A stretch of 64,000 bases of DNA from Kofleriaceae bacterium (GTDB lineage: Bacteria; Myxococcota_A; Polyangia; Haliangiales; Haliangiaceae): the NCBI GenBank assembly GCA_965215005.1, contig CBDCCZ010000018.1, forward strand, positions 192,001 through 256,000, read 5' to 3'. The translations under genes were made by a program, and so were the position numbers. The number at the start of each line of letters is the position of its first letter. Positions within the stretch are counted from its first letter, which is position 1. Under the pieces are notes generated by a model, which saw nothing but the letters and a program-made list of their open reading frames with translations, was not told the DNA's origin and did not search any database. Positions 1-12,481 of this stretch are shown here, piece after piece.

Positions 1-231
1 GACAGTATACGTCGAACACAGCGTTGCACCTGCCGAGACAGCTCGCTCGGCAAGCGACGCTGAGGGTGGAGCAGATAAGACCGCGAGCCGCAGCGTTTAT
101 TCAGCAGGCTGTGACCGACGCAACGTCGGACCGGCGCCATTTTGGAGCGCGGCGCTCAGGTGCACCTTCTGCCGCCGTTCGGCGATATCGATGAGCCGGA
201 TGACTTGCGCGCGCAGGACGTCTGCGGCGTG

Positions 232-1303
232 CTACCGGGGCGCTAGCAGCGCGTCGAGCTCGAGCACGGCGGCGGGGGGACCAAACGCCGGAGCCGCGGC
301 ACGCGAGCGAAGCGCGGCGCCGCCGGTGCACTGCGGGTCGACGGGATTGAGGGACGCAACGGCAGGGATGTCGTCGGCCGGGGTCGTCTCCGGGGCCCGG
401 GGGTGCCGTCGGGGTTGATGGTGCCGGCGGGGGTTTCGACGCAATAGCAGAACGGGCCGCCCATCCAGCGCGGGTCGGCCTGACAGTCGACGCAAAAACC
501 GATGTTGGCCGGCGTGGTCTCGGAGGCCCCGATATAGAGCAGCGCCTGGCACGAGTTGGTCGCAGCCGCGGTATCGCCGGCGCACTGCGGCTCGGCGCCG
601 GTGGTGTCGCACAGGCGATAACAATACGCGTCAGGATCGCCCTGTTGGAACCCGATGCACGCGTTGCCGCCGGCGCAGGTGTTGGGCGCATCGCACTGCT
701 GGCCGTGATTGCTCGGCGCACTGCAGGTCACCTCGTCTTCGCTGGGGCACGCCGGTGGCGTGATCGACTGTGCCGGCACCGACTCGACGCACAGGCCTTT
801 GCCCTTGTTGAGATCGGCACACAGACGTCAGGGTCCATGCAGTCCCGGGCGAGGAGGTCGCACGCATCGAGACAGAAAACCGGCGTTGCCGAAGTCGGCG
901 AAATGATCGTTAAACTCGCCGCACAGCGCTGCATCGCCGCACGAGTCGGGCGTGTTCTGACAAATCGTGCGGCAGACGCCGCTTATACAGCCAGTCCCGG
1001 CTTTGCAGTCGTCGTAGCCAGTCTCCGCCGTATAGCCCGCTGGTGCACGCCTCGCCGAGCTCCTTCTCGCCATCGGGCACGCACGCGGTGCGAAACAGCG
1101 TCTCGCCCTCGACCAGATGCGCGCACTTCTCGCCCGATTGGCAGTTGGTCTGGGCCACCGGATTGCAGCCGGCGCTCGAGCCGCCCGCGCCGCCATCGGA
1201 CGTTGGTGCGAATCCCGCCATCGCCTGCGGCACCGCCGTCACCGCCGCAACCAGAGAGGCTGAGCGTTCCAAACCACAATGCGACCAGGACGATGCTTCT
1301 CAT
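232..1303 (-). pseudogene. Cys-rich secreted lipoprotein, split by several frameshifts (probably assembly indels)
   Basis: Signal/lipobox MRSIVLVALWFGTLSLSGC with AAGGAG RBS; the Cys-rich sequence continues across ORF frames 910-1272, 828-1196, 728-934, 243-779 and 232-624. Confidence 0.65.
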
Positions 1304-1507
1304 CGGCGCAAGACTCCTTTCGCGCCGCCCTTTGCTCGCGCAACCGGCTAAGGACGATTTGCGACAGCGATGGCAACAGCGACAAAAACCGAACAATCTA
1401 CTATAGAGGCCCCCAGAATTGCCGGTCAATTGGCGTTTTTTCGCCCACGTCGGCGCGCTCTTCCCGACCCCTGCCGGGGGAGACCAACCGAAGCGCCGCG
1501 CCGCAGG

Positions 1508-2404
1508 CTATGGCGTAAGCGTGATGCGGCCGGGCTCGAGCGAGCCATCGCCGGTGTCGCCGCCGGTGGTAAAGAACAGCGTGGCGCCTACGCCCACCAC
1601 CGCCGCTCCGCCGGCGACCGTATACCAGCGCGCATACCACGGCCGCTCGCGACGAACGCTCCCCGGCTCGAGCACCAACGACAGCGGCGTCTCTGGACCA
1701 GCCACGCGGGCGATCGGCTGCCCGGCGAGGTCGCGGGCCTCGAGGAAATACTCCAGCTCGTAGCGCGCGGTTGCAGCGGGCCGGAACCACGCGACCGCGC
1801 CAGCGACCGGGGCCCGCCGGAGCGAGCGGCACACGCTGATAATCGAGCACGCCGCCGCGCCGCCACCCAAACAGGCACCTCCTTGATGCGCTCGGCGCCG
1901 GCCGACGCCGACACCTCGACCTCGAGCGGCCGCCCGGAGGTGCCGCTGGTTGGCACCGCGTGATCTAGAAGCACCTCAACGCTGGCGTCGAATCCGACAT
2001 AGTCTTCTTTCACGCGCGCGAAGAAGTCGCGGATTTTTGGCGAGCCAGAGTCATCGCGCAGCTGATAGCCCGGGTCGAGCGACAACAGCTCTTCGAAGGC
2101 CTCGCGCGCCAGCGAGCGCTCACCGAGGATGAGATGCGACATGCCGATGAGCTCGAGCGCGCGCACCCGCTGCGCTCGATTGGCCGCCGGATCGCGCGGA
2201 AGCGGGCCCAGCGCCAACAGCGCTTTGCGATACTCGAGCTCGTCGAACAGCCGCTTGCCTTCGACCAGTCGCTCGCGCACCCGCGCCCCCGCATCGCTCG
2301 ATCCGGCGGTGGTCGGCCTGCGCGTAGAGCCGCGCGTTGGGCAGCAGCAACGCGACGATGACGACCGCCAAGCTCCAGCGAAGCACCCACGACGACGCCA
2401 CCAT
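1508..2404 (-). pseudogene. Secreted TPR-like protein with C-terminal membrane anchor, two apparent frameshifts
   Basis: Signal peptide in frame 2120-2485, TPR-like helices in frame 1588-2454 (RALELIGMSHLILGERSLAREAFEELL), and a PWYARWY-TM tail in frame 1508-1870. Confidence 0.6.
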
Positions 2405-2460
2405 GACTCCAGCACGGGTGCGCGTGTCGGCCGCGGGCAGAAGCATCGGCGCAAAGCCTA

Positions 2461-3867
2461 TCACGGCGCCTCGGTGGCCACCCATCGCAGGCTGTCGGTG
2501 CCGCTCAGTAGCAAGTCGAGACGGCCGTCGGCGTCGAGGTCGACGAGCAGCACGTGCTCGCCAGTGGCAGGCACCGCCGCGCCGTCGCGGAACGCGCCGC
2601 TTTCGGAGCCGAGCCAGGAAACTGGCTCACCGTCGGCGACGGTGATGAACAAGTCGACGGCACAATCGCCATCCGAATCACCGGCAGCGAGATCCGTTGC
2701 GCTGAGCGCGGCGTCGTCGGGCAGCGTGATCAGGGAGCGATCCTCGAGCTGCCCGTTGCCGCGATTGATGAAGAGCCGCGGCCGCTCCGCCACAGCGGCC
2801 ACCGCCACGTCCATGGCGCCGTCGTCGTTGGCGTCGAGCAGCGCCAGACCCGCCACCCGCAGCGGCAGCTCGGGCAGCGCTGCGACCGCGGGCGCAAACG
2901 AGCCGTTGCCGCCCTCGTCGTTGAAAAACGCCCGCAGCGGCGCCGCTTCGCTACTGCCCTGCCCAACGATCAAGTCCGCGTGACCGTCGCCATTCAAGTC
3001 GCCCGCGGCTAGCGCCGTGACCTCGGTAAGCGCTCCAGCGGCGCTGAAGGCTGCCGCGTCAGCGGCGAAGGCACCGCCGCCTTCGTTGCGATAGAGCAGC
3101 AGCTCACTGCCGCCGCCAAAGACCACGTCGATGTCGCCGTCGCCATCGGCGTCGAAGCTCGCTGCTGCAGTGACGGCAGCCAAACCCACGGGAACGGGCG
3201 CCGAGGGCACCAGCGCCGCGCCGTTTCGCAGCCACAACTCGACGCCATTGGGGCCGGTTACTGCCAAATCATCATCACAGTCGCCGTCGACATCGAAGGC
3301 GATGACCACCGGAGCCGCCGCGACCCGCGGAAGCGTATCGTCGACGACGCGCAGGCGACCGTCGGTCGCCGCGATGGCAACGCTGCCATTGGCTCCAACG
3401 GCCACGATCAACGGCCCTTGGCGACCGCGACTAACCGCCAGCGTCGCCGCCTCCGGGATGGCCACGGAGTCGCGCAGCTGCGGCTCGCCCACCGCTCCGT
3501 CGCGGCACGCTCGCAGCGCCAGCTCGAGCTCGCCGCCGTCGAAGTCGAAGCGCGCTTGGTCGTGAGCAACCTCGATGCCGCGACGATAGCCGCGCACCAT
3601 GGCGACGGCGGCAGACGCCTCTCCCGGCGCGACGGTGAGGCTTTGCGGCAAGGAGAGCGTGGCGCCGAGAGGATAGTAACGACCGAAGGCGCCGCCGGTG
3701 TCGTCAACATCGTGTACCGCCAAGCACATGCCGTCGAGCTCGGTCGGAACTTGTAAATCCCCGGTGACGACGACCACCACCGCGGCGTCGCCACAACCGT
3801 AGCAGCCAACGCTAACGGCGGCGGCGGCGAGAAGAGAAGACCAGTGCACTCGCCAGCAGGATGGCAT
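2461..3867 (-). CDS. FG-GAP/VCBS-repeat (beta-propeller) lipoprotein
   Basis: Repeated DxDGDGDxD motifs (DVDGDCDDD, DADGDGDID, DLNGDGHAD, DLDADGRLD); start codon uncertain. Confidence 0.8.
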   Translation of the reverse strand: MPSCWRVHWSSLLAAAAVSVGCYGCGDAAVVVVVTGDLQVPTELDGMCLAVHDVDDTGGAFGRYYPLGATLSLPQSLTVAPGEASAAVAMVRGYRRGIEVAHDQARFDFDGGELELALRACRDGAVGEPQLRDSVAIPEAATLAVSRGRQGPLIVAVGANGSVAIAATDGRLRVVDDTLPRVAAAPVVIAFDVDGDCDDDLAVTGPNGVELWLRNGAALVPSAPVPVGLAAVTAAASFDADGDGDIDVVFGGGSELLLYRNEGGGAFAADAAAFSAAGALTEVTALAAGDLNGDGHADLIVGQGSSEAAPLRAFFNDEGGNGSFAPAVAALPELPLRVAGLALLDANDDGAMDVAVAAVAERPRLFINRGNGQLEDRSLITLPDDAALSATDLAAGDSDGDCAVDLFITVADGEPVSWLGSESGAFRDGAAVPATGEHVLLVDLDADGRLDLLLSGTDSLRWVATEAP

Positions 3868-5443
3868 AGGCCCACGAAGCGGTGCCAGCACCGCCGACAG
3901 CACATCCGCCGGTCAACGTAGCATCTGCTCGGTCATCGGATTCGACATCTGGCAACGTGGGGCTGGGCGGATCGCCGGGACCGCGCGGAGCCACGGTCAC
4001 CTCCATGCTCATCACCGGCCCGAACGCCTGGCCCTCGTGCACCAGCTGAAACGACTCGCTGAAGTTGGTGGCGGCCTCGACGTTCGGCGCGCGAATGACG
4101 AAGCTGAACCGGCCAACGGTGCCCGGTGCGTAGGTCGAATGGTCGGCACCGCTTGGATGCGACTCGCTGAGCCAGTTGCCAGAGACGAAGAACGGCGAGG
4201 CGCGATCCAGCGGCGCGGCCGTGGCAAGGCGGGTCTCGTTCACGCCCCAAGTAACGCTCGAGCGGTTCTCGAGCTCGAACCACACCACGCGCTCCTCTCC
4301 GGAGTACATCCGTGCCGGCGTGTCCTGCGTCATGAACGCCGCGTCAAAGTGCGCTTCGCCGCCGCTTCTGACCAGCGCCATGTACTTGTCCCAGTCCCAG
4401 CCGCTTCCCGGGTCGCCGTGATCGGAGCAGTCGGGGGTCTCGCCGTGCCCCATGATGTGGGCGCGATCTTTGGGAATGCCGTACTGATCAGCCAGCCATG
4501 CCGTCAGCCGCGCAGACGCCATGTACATCCCGTCGGTGTACCAAGCATCGGGGTCTTCTACCCAGCCCTCGTGCTCGATGCCGATCGACTTGCTGTTGAA
4601 ACACGCATCGTGCCAGCCGATGTCGCGATCATCGAGCATCTGGGTGATCTCGCCGTCCGAGGACCGCACCACGTAGTGCGCCGAGACGTTGGACGACGGA
4701 TCGCGAAACCACGAGATGGCCCCGTTGTAAGCGCCTTGGGTGGTGTGAATGACGATGTAGCGAAGGTCGTCGGCACCGCGATTGGCGTTGGTGTAGTTCG
4801 AAGAGTGCGCCGGCATCCACCGCGCAGACGGATAGCCCAGCGCCAACGAGCGCTGCGCGTAGATCGCAGCGTCATCGACGCGAAGCGGTCGCCCGGTGAC
4901 AGTCACCGCTGCACCTTCGGCGTCGAGCCCGCGCCAGCCGCGCTGGAGATGTGCATACACCTCCTCCGCAAACGCACGACCGGCCTCGCCGTCGCCGCCG
5001 TAGGCAACCAACGCCTCACGCCACGAATCGAGCGCGTCGCCGCCACCGGTTGCCGCGAGTAGCGCTGCGGCGGCCATGACGTTAGCAGCCGGCTCGAGCA
5101 CCACTTGCCCGCTAGAAAAACCGGCCAAGCTCGCGGCGCGCTCGAGACTACGCGCTCCTGGCTCAGCCTGTAGCGCCATCAGGCCGACCACCGCGAGCCC
5201 GTGACCATTGGCCGACTCGCTGTCGTGATCCACCGCGGTCTGGACGAACCGCAAGCGGGTTTCTACAAACGACACCGTGGCCAGAATTTCAGCCGGCACT
5301 CCGTGCACGCGCTCGGCGGCGGTGAACAGCTTCACGAGCGAGGAGGTTCCACCGAGGACAGGGGCGTCCGAGCTTGTAGGTAACGACGAGGGACTCGTGC
5401 AGGCGACAACGAGGAGACAAACGAGAGCGAGTATTCGCGGCAT
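3812..5443 (-). CDS. N-acetylmuramoyl-L-alanine amidase (Amidase_2) with N-terminal lysozyme-like region, Ig-like domain and MYXO-CTERM-like tail
   Basis: IVIHTT, SAHYVV, SIGIEHEG and GH..H.DPG motifs; C-terminal GGCAVGG-hydrophobic-RRRRR. Confidence 0.85.
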   Translation of the reverse strand: MPRILALVCLLVVACTSPSSLPTSSDAPVLGGTSSLVKLFTAAERVHGVPAEILATVSFVETRLRFVQTAVDHDSESANGHGLAVVGLMALQAEPGARSLERAASLAGFSSGQVVLEPAANVMAAAALLAATGGGDALDSWREALVAYGGDGEAGRAFAEEVYAHLQRGWRGLDAEGAAVTVTGRPLRVDDAAIYAQRSLALGYPSARWMPAHSSNYTNANRGADDLRYIVIHTTQGAYNGAISWFRDPSSNVSAHYVVRSSDGEITQMLDDRDIGWHDACFNSKSIGIEHEGWVEDPDAWYTDGMYMASARLTAWLADQYGIPKDRAHIMGHGETPDCSDHGDPGSGWDWDKYMALVRSGGEAHFDAAFMTQDTPARMYSGEERVVWFELENRSSVTWGVNETRLATAAPLDRASPFFVSGNWLSESHPSGADHSTYAPGTVGRFSFVIRAPNVEAATNFSESFQLVHEGQAFGPVMSMEVTVAPRGPGDPPSPTLPDVESDDRADATLTGGCAVGGAGTASWAYAILLASALVFSSRRRRR

Positions 5444-5456
5444 TGCTGGGGTCCTT

Positions 5457-5472
5457 CGCACGTGGAATGCCA
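5457..5472 (-). promoter_or_regulatory. Putative sigma54 -24/-12 promoter of the amidase gene
   Basis: TGGCATTCCACGTGCG with GG-N10-GC spacing; 14 nt between GC and ATG. Confidence 0.5.
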
Positions 5473-5752
5473 GACCCCAGCAGCCGTAACTAGCTGTTTC
5501 TACAACGCAAACATCGCAAACAGCGAGTTGCACTGGGCACTGGCGTCCCACCCTGGTGCCAACGATGATGGGCAGCATGCGCTGCGAACGCAAGCGGGCT
5601 TGATCGACCGCTCAGCGGCCAACAGAAGTACCCTTACCAAAGACAGCACGAGGTCCTCGAATGTCAGCAATGGAGAATGCGCGTCGGAGGCGCGTTGGAT
5701 GCAACCGTCGCAGCTGGGCGCGTTGGATGGAACTTGGTATGGTGCCGCCTTC

Positions 5753-7696
<1,944 letters not shown>

Positions 7697-7708
7697 CCAG
7701 GAGCCGTC

Positions 7709-8461
7709 ATGCCTTCCGTCACCTGCGAGCTCAGCGGCGCCGTCGCCGTTCTCACCCTATGCAACGCCGACAAGCGCAATGCGCTCGATGGGGCCATGTG
7801 CGCCGCGCTCGCCGGACATTTGGACCAGCTGCACGAGCACGCGCGCGCGGCCATCCTCACCGGCGACGGCGACGGCGCGTTCTCCGCGGGTTTCGACATC
7901 ACAGAGCTTTCCGCCGAGCTGCAGGGCGATGACCAGAAACACCCGTTTGAGCAGCTGATGGCGGCGGTGGCGCGGTGCCCGGTGCCGCTGATTGCGGCGA
8001 TGCGAGGCGTGGCGCACGGAGGCGGCCTCGAGCTCGCCGCGAGCTGCGATGTTCGCATCGCCCATGCGACGGTCCGCATGGCAATGCCTCCGGCCAAGCT
8101 CGGCATCGTGTATCGCACGCCAGGGCTCGCGCGCTTCGCGGCGCTCCTTGGCGAGGGCCGAGCGCGCGAGTTGTTTCTCACCGCCCGCTCGTTCACCGGG
8201 GAGGAAGCGGCTGCGTGGGGCCTGGTGCAGCGGCTGGTGGCGGAAGAGGCGGTGCTGGCAACGGCACACGCCGTCGCGGAAGAGATTGCCGCGTTGCCGA
8301 GCGCCGCGGTGCAGGGCACGCGGGTGGCGTTTGAGGCGCTGCTACGACGGCGCGCGGAGCTGCAAGGCGACGATGGCGTCGAGGTCGAGCGACGGCGCGC
8401 GGCGGCGTGGAGCTCGGCAGACGCCGAAGCAGCACGGCGTCGATTCCTCACCCGCCGCTAG
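7709..8461 (+). CDS. Enoyl-CoA hydratase/isomerase family protein
   Basis: FSAGFDI, GGGLELAASCD and MPPAKLGI crotonase motifs; AGGAG RBS. Confidence 0.9.
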   Translation: MPSVTCELSGAVAVLTLCNADKRNALDGAMCAALAGHLDQLHEHARAAILTGDGDGAFSAGFDITELSAELQGDDQKHPFEQLMAAVARCPVPLIAAMRGVAHGGGLELAASCDVRIAHATVRMAMPPAKLGIVYRTPGLARFAALLGEGRARELFLTARSFTGEEAAAWGLVQRLVAEEAVLATAHAVAEEIAALPSAAVQGTRVAFEALLRRRAELQGDDGVEVERRRAAAWSSADAEAARRRFLTRR

Positions 8462-8504
8462 CCGCGAGCCATGCGCGCAAGCTCAACCGAGCGAGCCTTT
8501 AGCT

Positions 8505-9921
8505 TTAGCCGACGAAATCGGGGAGCAGCTTGCCGGGGTTGAGCAGCCCTCGGGGATCGAGCGCGCGCTTGAGTGCGGCCATCAGCCGCAGCTCCTCCGC
8601 GGATCGCGAATAGCTCAGATACGGGCGCTTGAGGAGCCCGATGCCATGTTCGGCGGAGATGCTGCCGCGATGGCGGCGCACCAGCTCGAACATGTCGCGG
8701 TCAGCGTCGGCAACGCGGGCAAAGAAGCTGTCGCGGTCGAGCTCGTCTGGCTTCATGACGTTGATGTGCAGGTTGCCGTCGCCGATATGCCCGAACAAGC
8801 ACACTTCCCAGCCCGGATAGCGCGCGGCAAACACCGCGTCGAGCTCCGCGCAAAAGGCCTCGAGCGCGGCGACTGGCAGGGCGACGTCGTTTTTGTGCGG
8901 CAGCCCGGTGGCCGATAAGCTCTCGCTGATGCCTTCGCGGAGCTGCCACAGCTCGGCGGCCTGAGCGCTGCTCTGCGCCACCACGCCATCGCTGGCGAGC
9001 TCGCGCTCGAGCATGGCGGCAGTAAATGCCTCGAGCGCCTCAGCCGAGGCATCCTCCACCTCGAGAAGCACGTAGCAGTCAGTCGGTTCCTCGATCGGCA
9101 TGCGCACGCCGCGGTGCGCCACCAGCCGCGCCACGCACCGGTGGGTAAAGAACTCATACGCGGAGACCACGAGGCCGCTGACGCGGACCTCGCGAAACAG
9201 CCGCACCACGGCAGCCAGATCGGCGGCGGCAAGAAGCACCACGTCCAGACGCCGTGGCCGCGGCGTCAGCTTCAGGGTTGCGGCGGTGATGACGCCGAGG
9301 ATGCCCTCGGAGCCGATGAACAGCTGCCGAAGATCGATGCCGGTGTTGTTCTTCTCGAGGGCGCCGCCGAGCTCGAGGATGGTGCCGTCCATGAGCACAA
9401 CCTCGAGGCCCAGCACCCACTGGCGCGTAAGCCCATAGCGAATGACTTTGACGCCGCCGGCGTTGGTCGCGATGTTGCCTCCGACCTGACTTTGCCCTTT
9501 GGAGGCAAAATCGATCGGCCAGAGCAGGCCGTGCGGTGCAACGTGAGCGTGAACTGCTTCGGTGACCGCACCGGCTTGCACCCGAACCGTCCCGCCGAGG
9601 GTGTCCACGGGTTCCATACGCCGCATTCGCTCCGAGCGACAAAACCAGCTCACCACGCGCGGCGACGGCACCGCCGGCCAGTCCAGTCCGGCCTCCAGAA
9701 GGCACCACCGCGGACCGCGTGCTGTTGGCAGATGCGCAGCACCTCTGCCACCTCGGCGGTCGTGCGCGGCCATACGATGACCGCCGGCCGCTGGCGCCAC
9801 CACCTTGGTCCAGTCCGCGACCATACGCGCTGAGCTCAGCAGCCTCGGTGGACATCGCGGTCGGCTCGAGAACCGCGCGCAGGGCCTGTTGCGCCTCGAC
9901 TGGCAGCTTGCATCCCCTCAT
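8505..9921 (-). CDS. FAD-binding oxidoreductase (GlcD/D-2-hydroxyacid dehydrogenase family), 5' part frameshifted
   Basis: GGNIATNAGG, GSEGILGVIT, GHIGDGNLH and SAEHGIG motifs; N-terminal PSGGRTGLAGG lies in another frame (9154-9921). Confidence 0.85.
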
Positions 9922-9942
9922 CCTACGCCAGGCAACGCGGCT

Positions 9943-10820
9943 TCACGCGCTAGAGTCAGCGTCGGGGGCGAGCTGCGCGACGATCATGGAACCGAGCATC
10001 AAGGCGCAACCAAGCAGTTGCCCGTGGCGCCAGTGACTCGTCCAGGAGCCAAGCGCCAGCGAGCGCAGCAAACACCGACTCCATGCTGAGCAGCACCGCA
10101 ACGTGCGCGGCCGAGGCGTGCCGCTGGGCGACCACTTGAATGGTGAACGCGACGCCAACCGAGAGCACGCCGCCGTAGGCGATAGCCCCCGCGGCAGCCG
10201 ACATCGCGCTGCTCGCGATAGTCTCGGTAAAGCCCAGCCGCGACACTCGCGAGCAGCGCCACCACCGTAAACTGCACCACCGCGAGCTCGAATGGATCTT
10301 GGCTGGGCGCGACCCGCGCGACGATCAGCACATGCACCGCCCACAGCACCGCGCAGGCGAGCACGAAGCCATCACCGCGGCTAAAGCTCGCCCCGCCAGA
10401 GACGCTCAATAGGTACAAGCCAGCCACCGCCAAGGCCGCCGCCGCCCACATCGAGCGCGCCACCCGATGGCCAGAAATCAAGCCGAGGAGCGGCACGATG
10501 AGGACATAGAGACCGGTGATGAAGCCGGCCTTGGCCGCCGACGTGGTGACCAGGCCTATCTGCTGCAGCGCCGCGCCGCCAAACAGCGCCACGCCCGCGG
10601 CCAACCCACCCGCTAGCGGCAACCGACGCGGATGGGCCGCACGCCGGCGGCGAACCAGCACCAGCGGCAGCACCACCAGTGCTCCCAGGGTAAAGCGCGC
10701 CGCGGTGAAGGTCATGGGCCCCACGTGGTCCATACCGAGGCGCTGCGCGACGAAGCCGGTTCCCCAGATCAGGGCGGCGACCAGCATCAGCGCGTCGGCT
10801 CGCAGGGTCTCGCGGCGCAT
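9943..10820 (-). CDS. EamA/DMT family transporter, frameshifted near 3' end
   Basis: Multiple TM helices (IWGTGFVAQR, AGFITGLYV); continues in frames 9956-10246 and 9943-10344. Confidence 0.85.
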
Positions 10821-10841
10821 GTCGGCGGCGGGGCCGCGCCC

Positions 10842-12368
10842 TTAGTAGGCCTTGGCGAGCACCAGACGGCGCTCGGTGGGTTTGCCGGTGAAGATGCACG
10901 CACCAGCCTCGGCCTCACCACCGTCATCGGGCAGCGGCACGCAGCGGCGCGTCACCTTGAGCTCCTTGAGCGCTGCTGTGGCCTCGGGCTCATCAGCAAC
11001 ATGGGCCCACGCAAAGCCGCCGTGAATCTCCGGCTTGCTGGCATTCTCGGGGCTGAAAAAGCCGCGGAACTCATCAGCGCTATCGATGCGCCGGGTGTGC
11101 TCGCCGCGAAATCGCAGCGCCCGCTCATAGAGCCCCGTCTGCATCGCCTCGAGCATCCCGGCCGCGCTACTGATGAGCTCGGCGCGCGGGATGAACGCCT
11201 TGTCGGTGGCTGGGCGATCGCGCCGCCGCACGCACACCGAGTCCGAGGCCAAGTCGCGCGGGCCAATCTCGAGCCGCAACGGCACGCCTTTTTTGACGTG
11301 CTCCCAGTTCTTGCCGCCGTGCACGTCACGCTCATCCAGGAGCACCCGCAGCGGCGCCTCGGCGTAGCGCTGCGCGCGCAGCTCGGTGGCGAGCGTGCGG
11401 CAGTAGTCGAGCACGGCGGCGCGCTCGTCATCGCTGCGCCAGATCGGCATGATGACGATTTGCTGCGGCGCAAGCTTGGGCGGCAACACCAGACCGTCGT
11501 CGTCGCTGTGGGCCATGATGAGGGCGCCCACAAGCCTCGTAGAGACGCCCCACGAGGTGGTCCACGCGTACTGCTGCTGCCCCGACTCGTCGAGAAACGA
11601 GATGTTGGCCGGTCGCGAGAAGTTCTGCCCGAGGAAGTGCGAGGTCCCCGCCTGCAGCGCCTTGCGGTCCTGCATCATCGCCTCGAGCGTGTAGGTATCG
11701 ACGGCGCCGGGGAAGCGCTCATCGGCGGTCTTGATGCCTCGAATCACCGGCAGCGCCATGTAGTCGCGGGCGAAGTCGGCATACAAGTCGAGGATCATCC
11801 GGGTCTCGGTGATGGCTTCGTCGCGGGTGGCGTGGCACGTGTGGCCCTCTTGCCAAAGAAACTCTGCGGTGCGCAGAAACAGGCGCGTGCGCAGCTCCCA
11901 GCGGAATACGTTGGCCCACTGATTCACGAGGATCGGCAGATCGCGATACGACTGCACCCACTTGGAATAGACCTCGCCAATGATGGTCTCGCTGGTCGGG
12001 CGGATGATCAGCGGCTCCTCGAGCTCGCCGGCGGGGATGAGCTTGCCGTCGGGGCCGGCCTCGAGGCGATGATGGGTGACTACCGCGCATTCTTTGGCGA
12101 AGCCCTCGACGTGCTCGGCCTCTTTCTCGAGGTAACTCTTGGGGATGAGCAGCGGGAAATACGCGTTGACGTGGCCGGTGGCTTTGAAGCGATCATCGAG
12201 CTGCCGCTGAATGTTCTCCCAGATAGCGTAGCCCCACGGCTTGATGACCATGCAGCCGCGCACGGGGGAGGCCTCGGCGAGATCGGCGGCCTTGACGACC
12301 TGCTGGTACCACTCCGGGTAGTCCTCGGAGCGGGTTGGGCTAATCGCGGTTTTCGGTTTCTTGGCCAT
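10842..12368 (-). CDS. proS: Proline--tRNA ligase (archaeal/eukaryote-like type)
   Basis: RPTSET, FRWE, FLRTAEFLWQEGHT, ALQAGTSHFLGQNF and SWGVSTR motifs; C-terminal AKAY. Confidence 0.95.
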   Translation of the reverse strand: MAKKPKTAISPTRSEDYPEWYQQVVKAADLAEASPVRGCMVIKPWGYAIWENIQRQLDDRFKATGHVNAYFPLLIPKSYLEKEAEHVEGFAKECAVVTHHRLEAGPDGKLIPAGELEEPLIIRPTSETIIGEVYSKWVQSYRDLPILVNQWANVFRWELRTRLFLRTAEFLWQEGHTCHATRDEAITETRMILDLYADFARDYMALPVIRGIKTADERFPGAVDTYTLEAMMQDRKALQAGTSHFLGQNFSRPANISFLDESGQQQYAWTTSWGVSTRLVGALIMAHSDDDGLVLPPKLAPQQIVIMPIWRSDDERAAVLDYCRTLATELRAQRYAEAPLRVLLDERDVHGGKNWEHVKKGVPLRLEIGPRDLASDSVCVRRRDRPATDKAFIPRAELISSAAGMLEAMQTGLYERALRFRGEHTRRIDSADEFRGFFSPENASKPEIHGGFAWAHVADEPEATAALKELKVTRRCVPLPDDGGEAEAGACIFTGKPTERRLVLAKAY

Positions 12369-12481
12369 GAGGCGCCGGAGATTGACACAACCTGGCCGCC
12401 GGCGCGACGGCAACGCTGGAAACCAAACGCACCACCACGCGCATCTTGCCGGCAAGGTTGGCTTCGCACTGCGCGCCTAGC

